A DNA stretch of 64,000 nt from Eledone cirrhosa (GCA_964016885.1 OZ024742.1:179800001-179864000); one strand, 5' to 3'. Positions 13,608 through 27,194 are shown, counted from the first letter of the stretch. Notes: generated by a model not told the origin, from the sequence alone. A program made the numbers and translations.

Positions 13608-14094
13608 AATAGAGGTGTAACACACAAGTTATTATATATTGGTAAACGGAATAGAAAATGCTGATAAATTGTTCACAGTTGAAAAATGGTTTAATTAGGA
13701 ATAAAAGAGTATTAGTGATTGTATGGGTTAGTATTCAGTTGTGGTTTTAAGTTTTTACCGGTTGCGCATTTCTAAATGCTTTTCAAAAATAATTTTGAGA
13801 TAGAGTGTCCGTGCTGTTTGCTCTTAGTTTTGGGAATTCTACCTGTTTTTATGTAAAAAAAGTGGCTCCAGCGTTACTTTGGTGTTGCAAAAATTCTTGT
13901 GGTCAAAACAATTTTGATTGGTCGGTAGAGGTCATGTGAATAAAAAATTGGTTTTGGCCAAGATTGAGAAATGACTCTTTCACAACAAATATGTGTGTGT
14001 GTGTGTGTGTGTATGTGTGTGTGTGTAGTAGTAGTAAGGTGTTCGATGTTGTGATAATGGTTAGCAGGGATGTGTGTCAAATGGCTATTAAGAT

Positions 14095-14095
<1 letters not shown>
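13608..14095. mobile_element. Arm of a long-TIR non-autonomous DNA element
   Basis: Starts tagaggtgtaacacac as at 59476 and matches 60170-60720 in reverse complement. Confidence 0.7.
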
Positions 14096-14139
<44 letters not shown>

Positions 14140-14252
14140 AGTTGTAATAGAATGAAACGAAATTTCATTTCTCACTCTTAGTACGGCACTTACTTAAATG
14201 TAAGTATGTATGTATACGTACATACATATATGTATACAGACGTACAGTAGCA

Positions 14253-14294
<42 letters not shown>

Positions 14295-14447
14295 CAGGTA
14301 CACATATATATATATATGTACGTATCAGTTTAGCGGACGTTTATTATAACGTCGGCTTTGTCCGTTTGTAAACAAACGGACAGCCTGATTTATGCCGAAC
14401 GGTGTTAAGGCAACCACGTCACCTTTTTGTTCAACACTGACACAGGA

Positions 14448-14490
14448 ACGATGTACTAGTTTCAAGCTTCTTAGCTATCATCAGCACCGT
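14448..14490 (-). ncRNA. Minimal hammerhead ribozyme (type I)
   Basis: Minus strand: acggtg CTGATGA t-agct-aaga-agct-t GAAAC TA GTA catcgt. Confidence 0.88.
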
Positions 14491-14715
14491 ATACCCTTCT
14501 GCCAGATGGTTGAACGTTCGAAAGTATATACTTTCCTTATGAAAATTAACCTTGAAACTAGTACATCGTTCCTGTGTCAGTGTTGAACAAAAAGGTGACG
14601 TGGTTGCCTTAACACCGTGCGGCATAAATCAGGCTGTCCGTTTGTTTACAAACGGACAAAGCGGGCGTTAAAATAAACGTCCACTAAACTGGTACGTACA
14701 TATATATATGTGTAC

Positions 14716-14792
<77 letters not shown>

Positions 14793-15028
14793 TGCTACTG
14801 TACGTCTGTATACATATATGTATGTACGTATACATACATACTTACATTTAAGTAAGTGCCGTACTAAGAGTGAGAAATGAAATTTCGTTTCATTCTATTA
14901 CAACTTATCGTTTTCGGTACACCTGGCCGACTGAACTCACTCTATATGCAAATTAGGCTGCTCAGCCGTTAATTTTCATAAGGAAAGTATATACTTTCGA
15001 ACGTTCAACCATCTGGCAGAAGGGTATT

Positions 15029-15069
15029 CGGTGCTGATGATAGTTAAGAAGCTTGAAACGAGTACATCG
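15029..15069 (+). ncRNA. Minimal hammerhead ribozyme (second copy, slightly diverged)
   Basis: cggtg CTGATGA tagttaagaagctt GAAAC GA GTA catcg. Confidence 0.78.
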
Positions 15070-15230
15070 TTCCTGTGTCAGTGTTGAACAAACAAAAAGG
15101 TGACGTGGTTGCCTTAACACCATACGGCATAAATCAGGCTGTCCGTTTGTTTACAAACGGACAAAGCGGGCGTTATAATCAACGTCCGCTAAACTGATAC
15201 GTACATATATATATGTGTACCTGTATGTAT

Positions 15231-15259
<29 letters not shown>

Positions 15260-15261
<2 letters not shown>

Positions 15262-16089
15262 CATCTTCCGAAGAAGGTGTAAAGAAACATCCCGTCATCA
15301 GGAAAGTCAATTCTCATATAAGTTTCCAGGCAAAACGAGGACACTGGAAGCTTATTAAAAAATAAATCAGTGAATAGGAAATAGCAAAGCGTGGACTTCC
15401 TTCCTAGCCATTGAGAAAATCATAATTTTCTCATCTTACGTCTCTTATATTATTGTTCTGCAACCCCATGCATTGAACCACAATGTTATTAAGACAAAAC
15501 CTATATATTTGCTAGCATCAATATGCATTTGTATGTATATATATGTTACTAGATATAAATTCTTTATTATTATCTCCAAAATATTTGTCGAGCAATACTG
15601 GCAATGACTGCTGCTACTGTAGTAGGCTGGCCGCTGTCTTATTAACAACCCACTTTCCACCGATTGACCTCGACGTCACGTGTTCGATTCTTTTTGAATT
15701 TTCCACGGACACAGAGGCAGTGATTTTCTCAATGGCTAGGAAGTAAGTCCACGCTTTGCTATTTCCTATTCACTGATTTATTTTTTAATAAGCTTCCAGT
15801 GTCCTCGCTTTGCCTGGAAACTTATATGAGAATTGACTTTCCTGATGACGGGATGTTTCTCCACACCTTCTTCGGAAGATGTATCTACTCCATTCCAGAA
15901 ACTAATTAGTTGGAAGTGATATTTTAGTAAGTAAGTTAATTTTATAATTTTCTTATCTTACGTCTCTTATATTATTGTTCTGCAACCCCATGCATTGAAC
16001 CACAATGTTATTAAGACAAAACCTATATATTTGTAGCACCAATATGCATTTGTATGTATATATATGTTACTAGATATAAATAAATTCTT

Positions 16090-16092
<3 letters not shown>
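15260..16092. repeat. Island with inverted (15260-15420 / 15722-15882) and direct (15421-15570 / 15943-16092) repeats
   Basis: Direct sequence comparison. A fragment of the same family lies at 6745-6816 on the minus strand. Confidence 0.9.
15836..15917 (+). ncRNA. Hammerhead ribozyme (type I), extended stem II with cUUCGg hairpin
   Basis: actttc CTGATGA c-gggatg...cttc-ttcg-gaag...cattcc-a GAAAC TAATTA GTT ggaagt. Palindromic stem III ACTAATTAGT. Confidence 0.8.
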
Positions 16093-16141
<49 letters not shown>

Positions 16142-16220
16142 TATATATATATGCATGCTACTGTACGTCTGTATACATATATGTATGTACGTATACATAC
16201 ATACTTACATATATATATAC

Positions 16221-16324
<104 letters not shown>

Positions 16325-16341
16325 ATATATATATATTCATA

Positions 16342-16373
<32 letters not shown>

Positions 16374-16379
16374 CATATA

Positions 16380-17032
16380 TACGATATTAAATAAATGGAA
16401 ACTATATTTATAAAACCATATTTATTTCACTATATATATTTCAGGGATATCATATTAACAATATGCTATGCCTTCCTCAGACAAAATACAATATAAACAG
16501 TTTTATAGATAAATAGATTTGACATACCGTACAACATCGACTTGTATTTGAAAAGTTGAATTGGCAGTGAAAAAATTGTACACAGAGAGAAAGAAAGAGA
16601 GAAAAAGGAAAGAAAGACAGAAAACGAAGAAAAAGAAGAAAAAGAAGAAATGCATGGAACAAAATAGAGAGATGGAAAGATATATATATATATCTCTCTC
16701 TGTTTCTTTACATGAAGTTCTTCTCTTTATCTATCTTTCCATCTCTCTATTTTGTTCCATGCATTTCTTCTTTTTCTTCTTTTTCTTTGTTTCCTGTCTT
16801 TCTTTCCTTTTTCTCTCTTTCTTTCTCTCTGTGTACAATTTTTTCACTGCCAATTCAACTTTTCAAATACAAGTCGATGTTGTACGGTATGTCAAATCTA
16901 TTTATCTATAAAACTGTTTATATTGTATTTTGTCTGAGGAAGGCATAGCATATTGTTAATATGATATCCCTGAAATATATATAGTGAAATAAATATGGTT
17001 TTATAAATATAGTTTCCATTTATTTAATATCG
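16380..17032. repeat. Inverted repeat, about 310-bp arms, with an HHR-like motif in each arm (16428-16493 -, 16921-16986 +)
   Basis: CTGAGGA agg..catatt-gtt-aatatg..cct GAAA tatata then AATAAA. Stem I register is uncertain. The 3' end is shared with 60795-61125. Confidence 0.85.
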
Positions 17033-17142
17033 TAAATATACTCCAAATACTTGTCGAGTGCTTTTATATCAGTTATAAATATTTACTAGTTGTAACCCAA
17101 CAATTTAAATATAACTTTCCATATATACATATATATATATTC

Positions 17143-17213
<71 letters not shown>

Positions 17214-17215
17214 CA

Positions 17216-20200
17216 CACGGGTAGATAAGATAATAGACGTAAATAGAGTGAACGACAGAATAATTAAAATAAGACTTGTCCTAAATAGAACTACTGTGAC
17301 AGTAATATCTGCGTACGCACCCCAATCCGGACTGCCTGGCGCTATAAAAGACAGATTCTATGAGACATTGATGCTCACTACCTCCCAAATAACAGACAGT
17401 GACTACATAATTATTGCTGGTGACCTAAATGGTCACGTTGGACAACATTGTGACGGCTATGACGAAATCCATGGAGGCTATGGGTTTGGTACTAGAAATG
17501 TGGAAGGCTCCAGAATTCTGGAATTCTGGACGCAAATAACCTAATTATCTGTAATACTCACTTCAAAAAACGAGACAATCACTTGATCACCTATAGATCA
17601 GTGGAATACGCCAGTCAGATGGATTATATCCTTACCAGAAGACGTGATAGAAGGCTGTTGTAAACACTAAATCCCTCCCCCATGAAGAATGCCCCTCCCA
17701 ACATAGACTCATAGTCAGTGACCTCATAGTCAGGACAAGATGTACTCGACAACAGAGGAGGCCTATCTTCAGGAGAAAAATATGGAAACTAAAGGACCCC
17801 ATCGCCAGTAATAAATTTAAAAGCATATTACTTGATGCTTTTGAGAGTAAGAAAGAGCAATTAGAGTCGTACAATATAGAGGACAGTGGGATTCCTGAAA
17901 GCTAACCTGCTGAAGGCAGCAGATGAAGTCTCTGGCTGGAGCAGGCCTATAGGCAGGTGGAGAGTAACGTGGTGGTGGAACAGTAAGCTGGAGGAGTCAA
18001 TTAAGGCCAAAAAGCAGGCTTGGAAAGTATGTCGGGATGGGGGAAGTAGAGAAGACTATCAAGTGGCCAGGAGGGAAGCTAGGAGAGAAGTGTACTTCGC
18101 AAGAAGGGAAGCAGAGGAAAGAAAGTTCAAGCATGTTCTACAACGCCCAAAACGTGAGGTATTCAGGATTGCTAAACAATGTGTCAAGGAAAACCATGAT
18201 ATTGTCGGGGAGAAGTGTGTCCTGAATGATGATGGTGTATTTGCCATCACTGACGCTGATAAGAAGGTAGCTTTGAAGTGTCACTACGAAAGGCTACTAA
18301 ATGAGGAGAATAAATGGGAGAAAGACAGTCTCCCCCACATCAATCCAATAGAAGGACCAGCAGTGTAAGTTGAAGGTAGTATAAGTAAGGCAATCAAAGA
18401 TATGAAGACGGATAAGGTGGCTGGGCCTTCGGAAATAGTTGCTGAAATGCTGAAAGCATCTGGAACGGTGGGACACACTATGGTCACACGGATAGTAAAC
18501 CAAGTCATACAGAATGGGGTCGTTCCGAAGGACTGGCGTAGCAACAGCATCATTAACTGCTACAAGGGTAAAGGAGATGCCCTAGATAGGGGTAACTATA
18601 GAGGCATTAAATTAATCGACCAGCTCATAAAGGTCATAAAAGTAATAGCGCAACTAATCAGAGAGCGAATTGATCTAAATGAAATGCAGTTCGGGTTTGT
18701 GTCAGGTAAAAGTACCACAGACGCTCTTTTTATTGTACGACAACTACAGGAGAAGTACCTAGCTAAAATTAAATCCATATACTTTGCTTTTGTTGACTTG
18801 GAGAAAGCCTTTGACAGAGTCCCCCGCTCCATTATCTGGTGGGCTCTTAGAAAACTAAGTGTTGATGAATGGCTTGTGAGAGCCATACAAGCCATGTATA
18901 AAGAAACAGCCAGCAAGGTTAGAATTAACAACTAATATAGTGAAGAGTTTAGTGTAAAAGTTGGTGTTCATGAGGGCTCCGTTCTTATCCCCCTACTATT
19001 TATTATTGCCCTTCAGGCTATAACAGTGGAGTTCAAGACCGGCTGCCCATGGGAACTCCTATACGCAGCTGATCTAACGCTCATACCTGAATTAATGGCT
19101 GAACTAGAGAAGAAATTTCAAACATGGAAGCATGGACTAGAATCAAAAGGCCTTAAAATTAACCTGTCTAAGACTAAAGTTCTAGTTTGTAGGAAGGAAA
19201 ATAGGGCACCGGTACCATCTGGGAAATGGCCATGCTCAGTGTGTAGGAAAGGAGTAGACAGAAGCTACATTTTATTTCCCAAATGCAAAGTATGGGTGCA
19301 TAAAAGATGTAGTGGGATCACAGGTAAGCTAACTAAGAATATAGATTTTATATGTGGCCGGTGCTCTGGTGCAATAAGTAGCAGCAAATGCCCACATAAT
19401 ACTAGCTCATTCCATTGCACAGATGGTTCTATAGAAATAGTGGACACCTTCCGTTACCTGGGTGACACAATCAGCAATGGTGGAGGGTGCTCTGAAAGTA
19501 TAGTAGCTAGTGTCAGAACGGGATGGAAAAGTTCAGAGAGCTTATACCACTATTGGCCGCTAAAGGGTTCTCTCTAAAAATGAAAGGCAGGCTGTATGAT
19601 GCCTGCATACGAACAGCAATGTTACATGGCAGTGAGGCCTGGGCATTGTGTGCAGAGGATATACGCAGACTGGAGAGGAACGAAGCTTGCATGCTCCGCT
19701 GGATGTGTAATAGTAATATGTGTGAACGGCAAAGCATAAACGAACTAAGGGAGAAATTAGGAATAAGAGGGATCAGAAGTTGTTTACTCGATTGAAGACT
19801 ATATTGGTACGGTCACGTGATGCGCATGAAAGACGACAGCTGTATAAAAAAGTGCAGGGCAATAAAGATAGACGGTAGCCACGGAGTAGGCAGACCCAGA
19901 AAAACCTGGGACAACTTGATAAATTCCGACCTCACACACTTACACCTCTCCAAGGCAATGTCACTGGACCAAGATCTTTGGCGCTACACAGTAATACAGA
20001 AGACCCACCTTGCCTAAGTACAAAGCGAAACCTACAGTCAGTAGGCACCTCTAAGAAAATACACCCCGTCCATTACCCCCACCCCTTTCAATGTAAAGTT
20101 ATGTTGGTACCACAACATCCAGCCCGGAATAAATGAGGTCGTGTAGGTGTCACGACAACAAAAACACAGAGTCCACGCTATAATGTGGCCGTGTAGGTAA

Positions 20201-20388
20201 CACGGTAAAAACCTCCCAGTCCTCACTGTAAACGTGGTTGGTGTTAGGAAGGGCATCCAGCCGTAGAAAACCCGCCAGACAGTCCTATACGAGCAAGTCA
20301 ACCAATCTTGCCTCAAGTGGGAAAATTCCCGTCCAAACCCATGCAAGCGTGGAAGATGGACGTTAAACGATGATGATGATGTTGATGA
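17216..20388 (+). mobile_element. RTE LINE (subfamily B), APE endonuclease + RT, multiply disrupted
   Basis: SAYAPQ, AGDLNGHVG, GGYGFG, SQMDYIL, WWWN, then RT highly similar to 4932-6525. 3' UTR and (GAT)n tail. Confidence 0.95.
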
Positions 20389-20391
20389 CAT

Positions 20392-20566
<175 letters not shown>

Positions 20567-20579
20567 CATATATATATAT

Positions 20580-20628
<49 letters not shown>

Positions 20629-20641
20629 CATATATATATAC

Positions 20642-20728
<87 letters not shown>

Positions 20729-20739
20729 TATAAATTAAT

Positions 20740-23468
20740 AAAAATAATGAATAAAAACAAAGAAACAGTTCCTTATATTAAAAAATTCATCATTTTACGA
20801 TCGTTTCTAGGATATATATGTGTATGTTGCTATGTATATCAAATAGATCTATGTAAGCATTTTACAAACTATCAGAGGGAATATACATACCTACACATAT
20901 ATATGCTGTCTTCAGAAATAATGATATTTGTTTATTGAAAAAACCCAACAAAGATTTAATATAATAGGTCTGTTGGGAACAGGTTTTGAATTGACTAATA
21001 GAAAAGTAATAAGTGGTCAAGTTGATAGAATAGTAGTAGTAGAAATTTAATTTAGAGGTAGAGGAATGCAGACTTCAGTTTTGAATGAAAAGAGTATTTT
21101 GAATGAAAAGTTTACTTTGGGGATGAAAAAGGTACACGAAAATTTGATGTTATTAAAGAATAATGCTAATGTTAAAATCTAAGGAGAATAAAATTTTACG
21201 ATAAATGTGTGAGTGAAAAATATCAATCTTATTTAAAACATAAGGAATTTAGATCTATAAAAAGAAATTAAATTAATTTAATTGATAGGTATATTTATAG
21301 GGATAAATTTATATTAATTCATATAGATATGATAAATAAGAGTTAGATGTTATTAAAGACTGTTGTTAAAAACGAAGGAAAAAAACAATTTTTTTGGAGG
21401 GGGGGGGGATTAGTGAGAAATAACAAACTTATATATATTACAAGGAATTTAGATTCATAACAGGAAATTAAAATAGTTTATATGTATACTTATTGGTATA
21501 AATTTTAGGAAAAGATAGCTGTAGAAGGGAAATAAAATTATGCAGTTCTTAGTAGTAGAATATTAATTATAGGTTAACTAATTTAAAAAAATTAATTATA
21601 ATAATTTGTAAAATATAAGTGTATATTAATTAGGTTTATAATATTTGAAAGTTTTTCTAATTATATGATTGCACGATATAATTAATTCTTGTCGCTTATT
21701 TAATAGGATATCCTTAGATTTCATTATTTCAATAAGTTCCTGGGAACATAATCTACATTCATATCTATTATTTTGATAAGGGGTGGCCCTTTTGAGAACA
21801 CTCCAGGTCAGGTTATAATCGATATTCTTTTTTCTATAATTATTAATTATTTCAGCTAATACGGCAGTAGTAGCTAATGCGGCATTTTAAAAACTGTGTT
21901 TGTAGGTATTAAAACTTACTTTAAATTGGTTAGAAGTAGCTCCTATATATGAATAAGTTGGGTCCTTAGTGCTAATTTTACATTTATATACTATGTTATT
22001 AATAAGGCAACAATTTCCTTTTAATGGGCAATTTGCTTTGTTTCTAGTTGCAACCTTTCGTGAATGTTATATCAGAGGAGTTAGTCAAATTAGGTGTGGA
22101 ATTTTCTCGACTTGTTGTATGTGAATGAGATGGTGGTTTGCTGTGGTTGATTTTAGTATTATGGTTAGTTTGATGTGTTGGTGGTATATTCATGTTTTTT
22201 TTAACATTTATATGCATTGTAGGAACTTATATTTTGTTGTATATTATTGGTTGTAGGAGAATTTGACCGTTGATCTATTTAAAATTTGATGGTATTTATG
22301 GTTTGGCGGGAAGTTTTTCTCTAGGATAGTAAAACACTTTTTAGGTATATTATCTTTAATTTGTAGATTAAATGGAGCATTATACCAAGTAACTCGTCTA
22401 TTACGGTTTCGATGTTGTTTTTTATTTTTATACGATGTATCCTGATGTTTACTAAGAGAATTAGTATTAGTGATTTTATTACACATATTTTTAGTTAGAT
22501 TCACTGATTTAGGTGTTTTAGCCTGATTATTACGAATTTTGTTAGTAATGTTATTGACATATATTGGAATATTAGGATGAATGGTTTTTTGAAAGTTATT
22601 ATATTGTATATTAGAAGAGGTAGAGAAATTAAGTTTTAAGTTGGTATTTTTGGATATAGTGTGAGTGGCATTTAGGTGTGTATATTTCATTTGGTGTTTG
22701 TTGGTAATATTGGGTTGTATGTTTGTAGTATTATTGGTACAAGGTATATATACTAATTTGTTTTTGTGGCCGCTTCTAGCTAAAGCTTCGTTATAAAATG
22801 TCGCATTTTTATCGAATATATCCTGGTTAGATGAAAGGTTAGAAATTCTGAGTGAGATATTATATGCTAGGTTTTTAAGGATAGATCTAGGGTGATTACA
22901 TTGTGAGTGTATGTAATGTAAGTTTTGGTTAGGTTTATGGTAAGGTTGGTAGATACCCGTAGATAAGTCTAAAGTTATATCAAGGAAATTAACTACTTTA
23001 CTGGTGTTTTCAAATGTAATAGTGAGACTATAACAGTCTTTGAGGAAAGTTCTAATAAGTTTTTTATGTTTTACAATTTCTGATAGGCTAAGGTTAGTGG
23101 AAAGAAGAAGACAGTCATCACGATATAAACCACCTTTAAGGTAGGGAAAAAAAGCATTTATGTTAAATAGAAGAAAGAGGCCCACAAGATCGGTAATTTG
23201 GGCAGAATCACTAGAGCCCATAGTAATGTCGAATAGATTACTATATGTATTTCTGGTCCAGTATTCCTTCTGAAAGTCCAGTAGTGTTTGTCTAGCGTGC
23301 GTGATAATATTAATGTCATCCATAGTTAAGTTTGATCTATTTTGACCCATACTCCTGAACAAAGCCTTGATATTTGCCAAAAATAGATCAAACTTAACTA
23401 TGGATGACATTAATATTATCACGCACGCTAGACAAACACTACTGGAATTTCAGAAGGAATACTGGACT
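20740..23468 (-). mobile_element. 5'-truncated Penelope-like element (Neptune-like)
   Basis: ORF 22244-23422: FDITMGSSDSAQITDLVG, YRDDCL, NFLDITLD, YHKPN, HP, WYNAPF. Downstream CPLKGNC..IVY..YIG GIY-YIG remnants at 21650-22060. A 90-bp fold-back (23255-23345 / 23380-23468) marks the truncation point. Confidence 0.9.
20788..20923 (-). ncRNA. Hammerhead ribozyme at the 3' end of a Penelope element
   Basis: Minus strand: cattattt CTGAAGA ...atatatatgtgta...tacacatatatat... GAAAC GATC GTA aaatgatg. 8-bp stem I, palindromic ACGATCGT. Same strand as the upstream PLE ORF. Confidence 0.8.
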
Positions 23469-23493
23469 GGTGTAAATCCTTGAAAGGTTTATT

Positions 23494-23551
23494 ATACTAT
23501 GATCATTTCAATGACCGTGTTCCATATGAATCCGGTGATATCATCAGGTAT
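23494..23551 (-). ncRNA. Hammerhead ribozyme (inverted copy of 24673-24730)
   Basis: Reverse complement of the plus-strand copy with one stem II substitution. Confidence 0.75.
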
Positions 23552-24672
23552 TGGAATATAACAAAGGAATATGTAAAAAGCCATGGGTCCGAAAAATCAG
23601 AGACAGAGAGGGCGGCTGATCAACTATCTTCTCAGCCAGCCGCCCTCAAAGTGTTGGCAACTGAAAACTACCAATGAATATCTGGTCAGTAGAGGCAGGA
23701 TACAGCTAATAGTTATGCCCAAACTTGGAGTTTGTAGGTACAAGTATAATGTGGCGGTCAAAACAGGCGGCGCGGTGGGACCGGGGCAAAGAAAACCGCT
23801 CCTCTTTCGGTAAATGAAATTACTCGGAGCGGAGGCTTTGCCCCGGTCCCACCGCGCCGCCTGTTTTGGCCGCCACATTATACTTGTACCTACAAACTCC
23901 AAGTTTGGGCATAACTATTAGCTGTATCCTGCCTCTACTGACACGTAAATAAACCCCTAATGTGTGATTTAATAGTATTCGTGGTATAGACGATGGCCTG
24001 TCGAAACTGTAGAGTTCCCGCTAGCGATCCCGGGGCCAAAGTTAGCTACGTTCCTAGAGTACTCGGAAAAATTAATTTCCATTTCTTTCGCTGGACGATA
24101 CCACTCGAGACTGGCTGACTCATGGTGGTGGGTGTGCTGGCTGGGTCTCCCAATCGAAATCTTTACTCTATATCCCATCCTATTATCTTATCGAGTTAAA
24201 CATTTTTTTCATATAAGACTCTCTCCGTAAGTTCATTAAATAAATAATTCTCGCTACCTCTATTTTTCAATTTACCATTTTACGATTTAATATTTTTAAT
24301 TTATTTTAATTTCATCCTATAACTCGCAACATAAGTTTAACGTTCCAATCTTCGGTTCACACATTAGACCATACAGACACCCATTATAGATTCTTTGGAT
24401 AGCATTTTTTTCGCGGCATTTTCTAACATGAATGTAGTATGACCTTTATATTACACTTCTTTCTCCCTTTCTTTCTTTCTTTCTTCCCCTTCTTCTTTGA
24501 CGGAGTGGTGGTAGCGCATTATAAGCCTCCGCCCCCTCACCAGATATTCATTGGTAGTTTTCGGTTGCCAACACTTTGAGGGCGGCTGGCTGAGTGCTAG
24601 TTGGTCAGCCGCCCTCTCTGTCTCTGATTTTTCGGACCCATGGGTTTTTACATATTCCTTTGTTATATTCCA

Positions 24673-24730
24673 ATACCTGATGATATCACCGGATTCATAT
24701 GGAACCCGGTCATTGAAATGATCATAGTAT
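24673..24730 (+). ncRNA. Hammerhead ribozyme (type I)
   Basis: atac CTGATGA tatc-accgg...ccggt-catt GAAA TGATCA TA gtat then AATAAA. Palindromic ATGATCAT, AUA site. Confidence 0.8.
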
Positions 24731-24779
24731 AATAAACCTTTCAAGGATTTACACCAGTCCAGCCTCCTGTTGTTTCATT

Positions 24780-24932
<153 letters not shown>

Positions 24933-25039
24933 AGGAGGTTATAGTTCACTTGAAGCATTGTGTAATGAGGTATAAACGTTTGTATATGTATAATAAAGCC
25001 AAAACAATGCAGGTATGGACATAGAATAAAGAATGCAAA

Positions 25040-26620
25040 TGCAAAAGATATTGTTGACAATTAGTCTTTTACCTTAGATTTATTTAAATGTCCTTAATTT
25101 TCGAGATAATATCTCTTCTTCAGAGTGTTCTAAAAACCAGTGTTCTAAATAGCTTGCCAAGTCATGCTGACAGGAAATGGTATAGAGTATCTGTTCGATC
25201 TCTAATTTCAAAGAGTTAAAATTAGGTGGATAAAGAGAAGTCTCCCTTTAAAAGGGGTTTGTTTTTGTTTTTTTTTGTTTTTTTTAATACATGCCTGTTT
25301 AAGTGTGTGGGAGAATGCATGAAGGCGTAAGTATGTGAGTGTGTGTGTGTGAGTGTGAGAAGATAAGTCTATTCGTAAATGTGGGGGATAGATGTTATCT
25401 GGTGTTAGAACTGGTTTTGTGTGTGTATGTGTGAGAGAGAATAAGTGGAGGTGTAAGCGTGTGTGTGTGTGTGCGTGCGTGTGTGTGTAAATATGGGGCT
25501 AGAAGCTTTATCAGGTTATAAACTGGGTGTTGAGTTCTAGTCTATTATTGATTGGTGGTTGTGTTTTATCTATAACTAGCAGTAAAGCCCGGCGTTGCTC
25601 GGGGTCGCTCAGTAGCTGTGTTAAAGTTACAATGTTAAGTTTCTTTCTTGGCTTAAAAACTGTAGTGTCTACTGTGCAGACTTGCATGTGGTGTTTTTGA
25701 TTAATATTCCCTCAACCAACAATATGCCTTATGAAGTTAAGAAAACATAACGATAACCCGAATGTTATAACAAAAGAGGATGCTGGGGATAAAAACTGCA
25801 CTGGTTATTTATTAACAAAGATCGAAAATGTAAACACTGCAACGCAGAGAAAAACATTAGCGTAACCAAATTATCAGTTATGTCTGTCTGCACGCCTATA
25901 TCACCTCTCTGCACGACTGTCTGTCTGCACGCCTATATCACCTCTCTGCACGACTGTCTGTCTGCACGCGTATATCACCTCTCTGCACGACTGTCTGTCT
26001 GCACGACTGTCTGTCTGCACGCCTAACGAAATTTACAGATACATATATTTTAAATAAACTTATATAATTTTTGCTTTTTTTTACGAAATATTTGCTTGTT
26101 TTACGTAGTCTTTAAATAGACTTGTTTTCAAGTAAGACGCTCAATGTAAACAGAACAAAGGGAAATAACTGATAACTTACGCTCAAAAATCGATACATTA
26201 TATTCGATTTCGTCACATAGGGTGGGTCAATTTGAAATTTTTTTTTTCCGATGTCTTCGCTAGGGCTCAATGTACAAGTATAGCAATTTCGGTGCAATTC
26301 CGTGAGAGATTCTACGAGGAGATGTGTGCCAAAAATCGATAGACAGACAGACAACCACAGTTTTATATATATAGATTAGTGCTTCCTTAATTCTAAGATT
26401 GCCGAGGTTTCTTTCCTTAGTTTCTATGCTAACTGTTATGGTTTTGTCGGTGCTTTTGCATTTAACTAGGTGTTTCTTAAATGAGGAGGCGTTAGTATTG
26501 AGGAGTTCTTTTATTCTAATGTGAAGTGGTCTGGTGGTGCTACCTACGTAGAAGTTGTTGCATTTGTCACAACACTAGTCTGTATACGACGTAAGCCTGG
26601 TGGCATAGGTCTGTGTCGTT
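25040..26620 (-). mobile_element. PLE 3' fragment (GIY-YIG endonuclease + 3' UTR) split by a Helitron
   Basis: VVY..CDKCNNFYVGSTTRPLHIRIKE...LRIKEAL|IIDKTQPPINNRLE. A partial HHR motif (CTGAAGA, gagat/atctc, GAAA) lies at 25088-25130. Confidence 0.8.
25576..26375 (-). mobile_element. Non-autonomous Helitron (800 bp)
   Basis: Minus strand begins TCTATATATATAAAA and ends with hairpin cccgagcaacgccggg then CTAG. Inserted between A and T with no TSD. Internal 37-bp tandem repeat at 25881-26020. Confidence 0.9.
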
Positions 26621-26909
26621 TTATAAACATTATAATAGAATAATCACCCTGGCGGTGTGAATAAGCAATACCAGAGTCAATGGAATAACATATTGACATC
26701 AAAAAATATTTAAAATATAAAATATATATATGTTTTAATGTCTTACTTGCTCTCTTGCCCTATAGTCTATATTTACAAATGCACCCTTTTAGCTTTAGCA
26801 TGTCTTTCCAATTAAACTTTCCTAAATTTTCATAAATATCAATTCCCGATTCTTCTGAGTTTTGGATGTTCTGGCCATTAATACTTCGTGCCTCTTTTCT
26901 TGCTCTGAT

Positions 26910-27021
26910 GTTTATACATATATATATATACACATATATATATATATAAATATATATACATATATATACATATATATATACATATATATATACATAAATA
27001 GATATACATAAATAGATATAC

Positions 27022-27056
<35 letters not shown>

Positions 27057-27112
27057 CATTTGTATATATATGTATATATATATATATGTATATATATATC
27101 TGTATATATATG

Positions 27113-27143
<31 letters not shown>

Positions 27144-27144
27144 G

Positions 27145-27194
<50 letters not shown>

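Larger units (their letters stand above)
14137..15230. mobile_element. PLE pLTR-like island: one inverted unit plus tandem direct units
   Basis: 14137-14465 is inverted against 14552-14908, and 14968-15230 is again inverted against 14290-14550. The same family occurs at 16150-16210 and 32636-33266. Carries HHRs. Confidence 0.85.
23465..24762. repeat. Nested inverted repeats: outer 23465-23686 / 24540-24762, inner GC-rich 23686-23792 / 23836-23941
   Basis: Direct comparison. The same peptide is called on opposite strands (23480 + and 24744 -). Confidence 0.92.

Noticed and set aside
25881-26020. CRISPR-like 37-bp repeats
   Set aside because: Contiguous tandem units without spacers, inside a eukaryotic Helitron.
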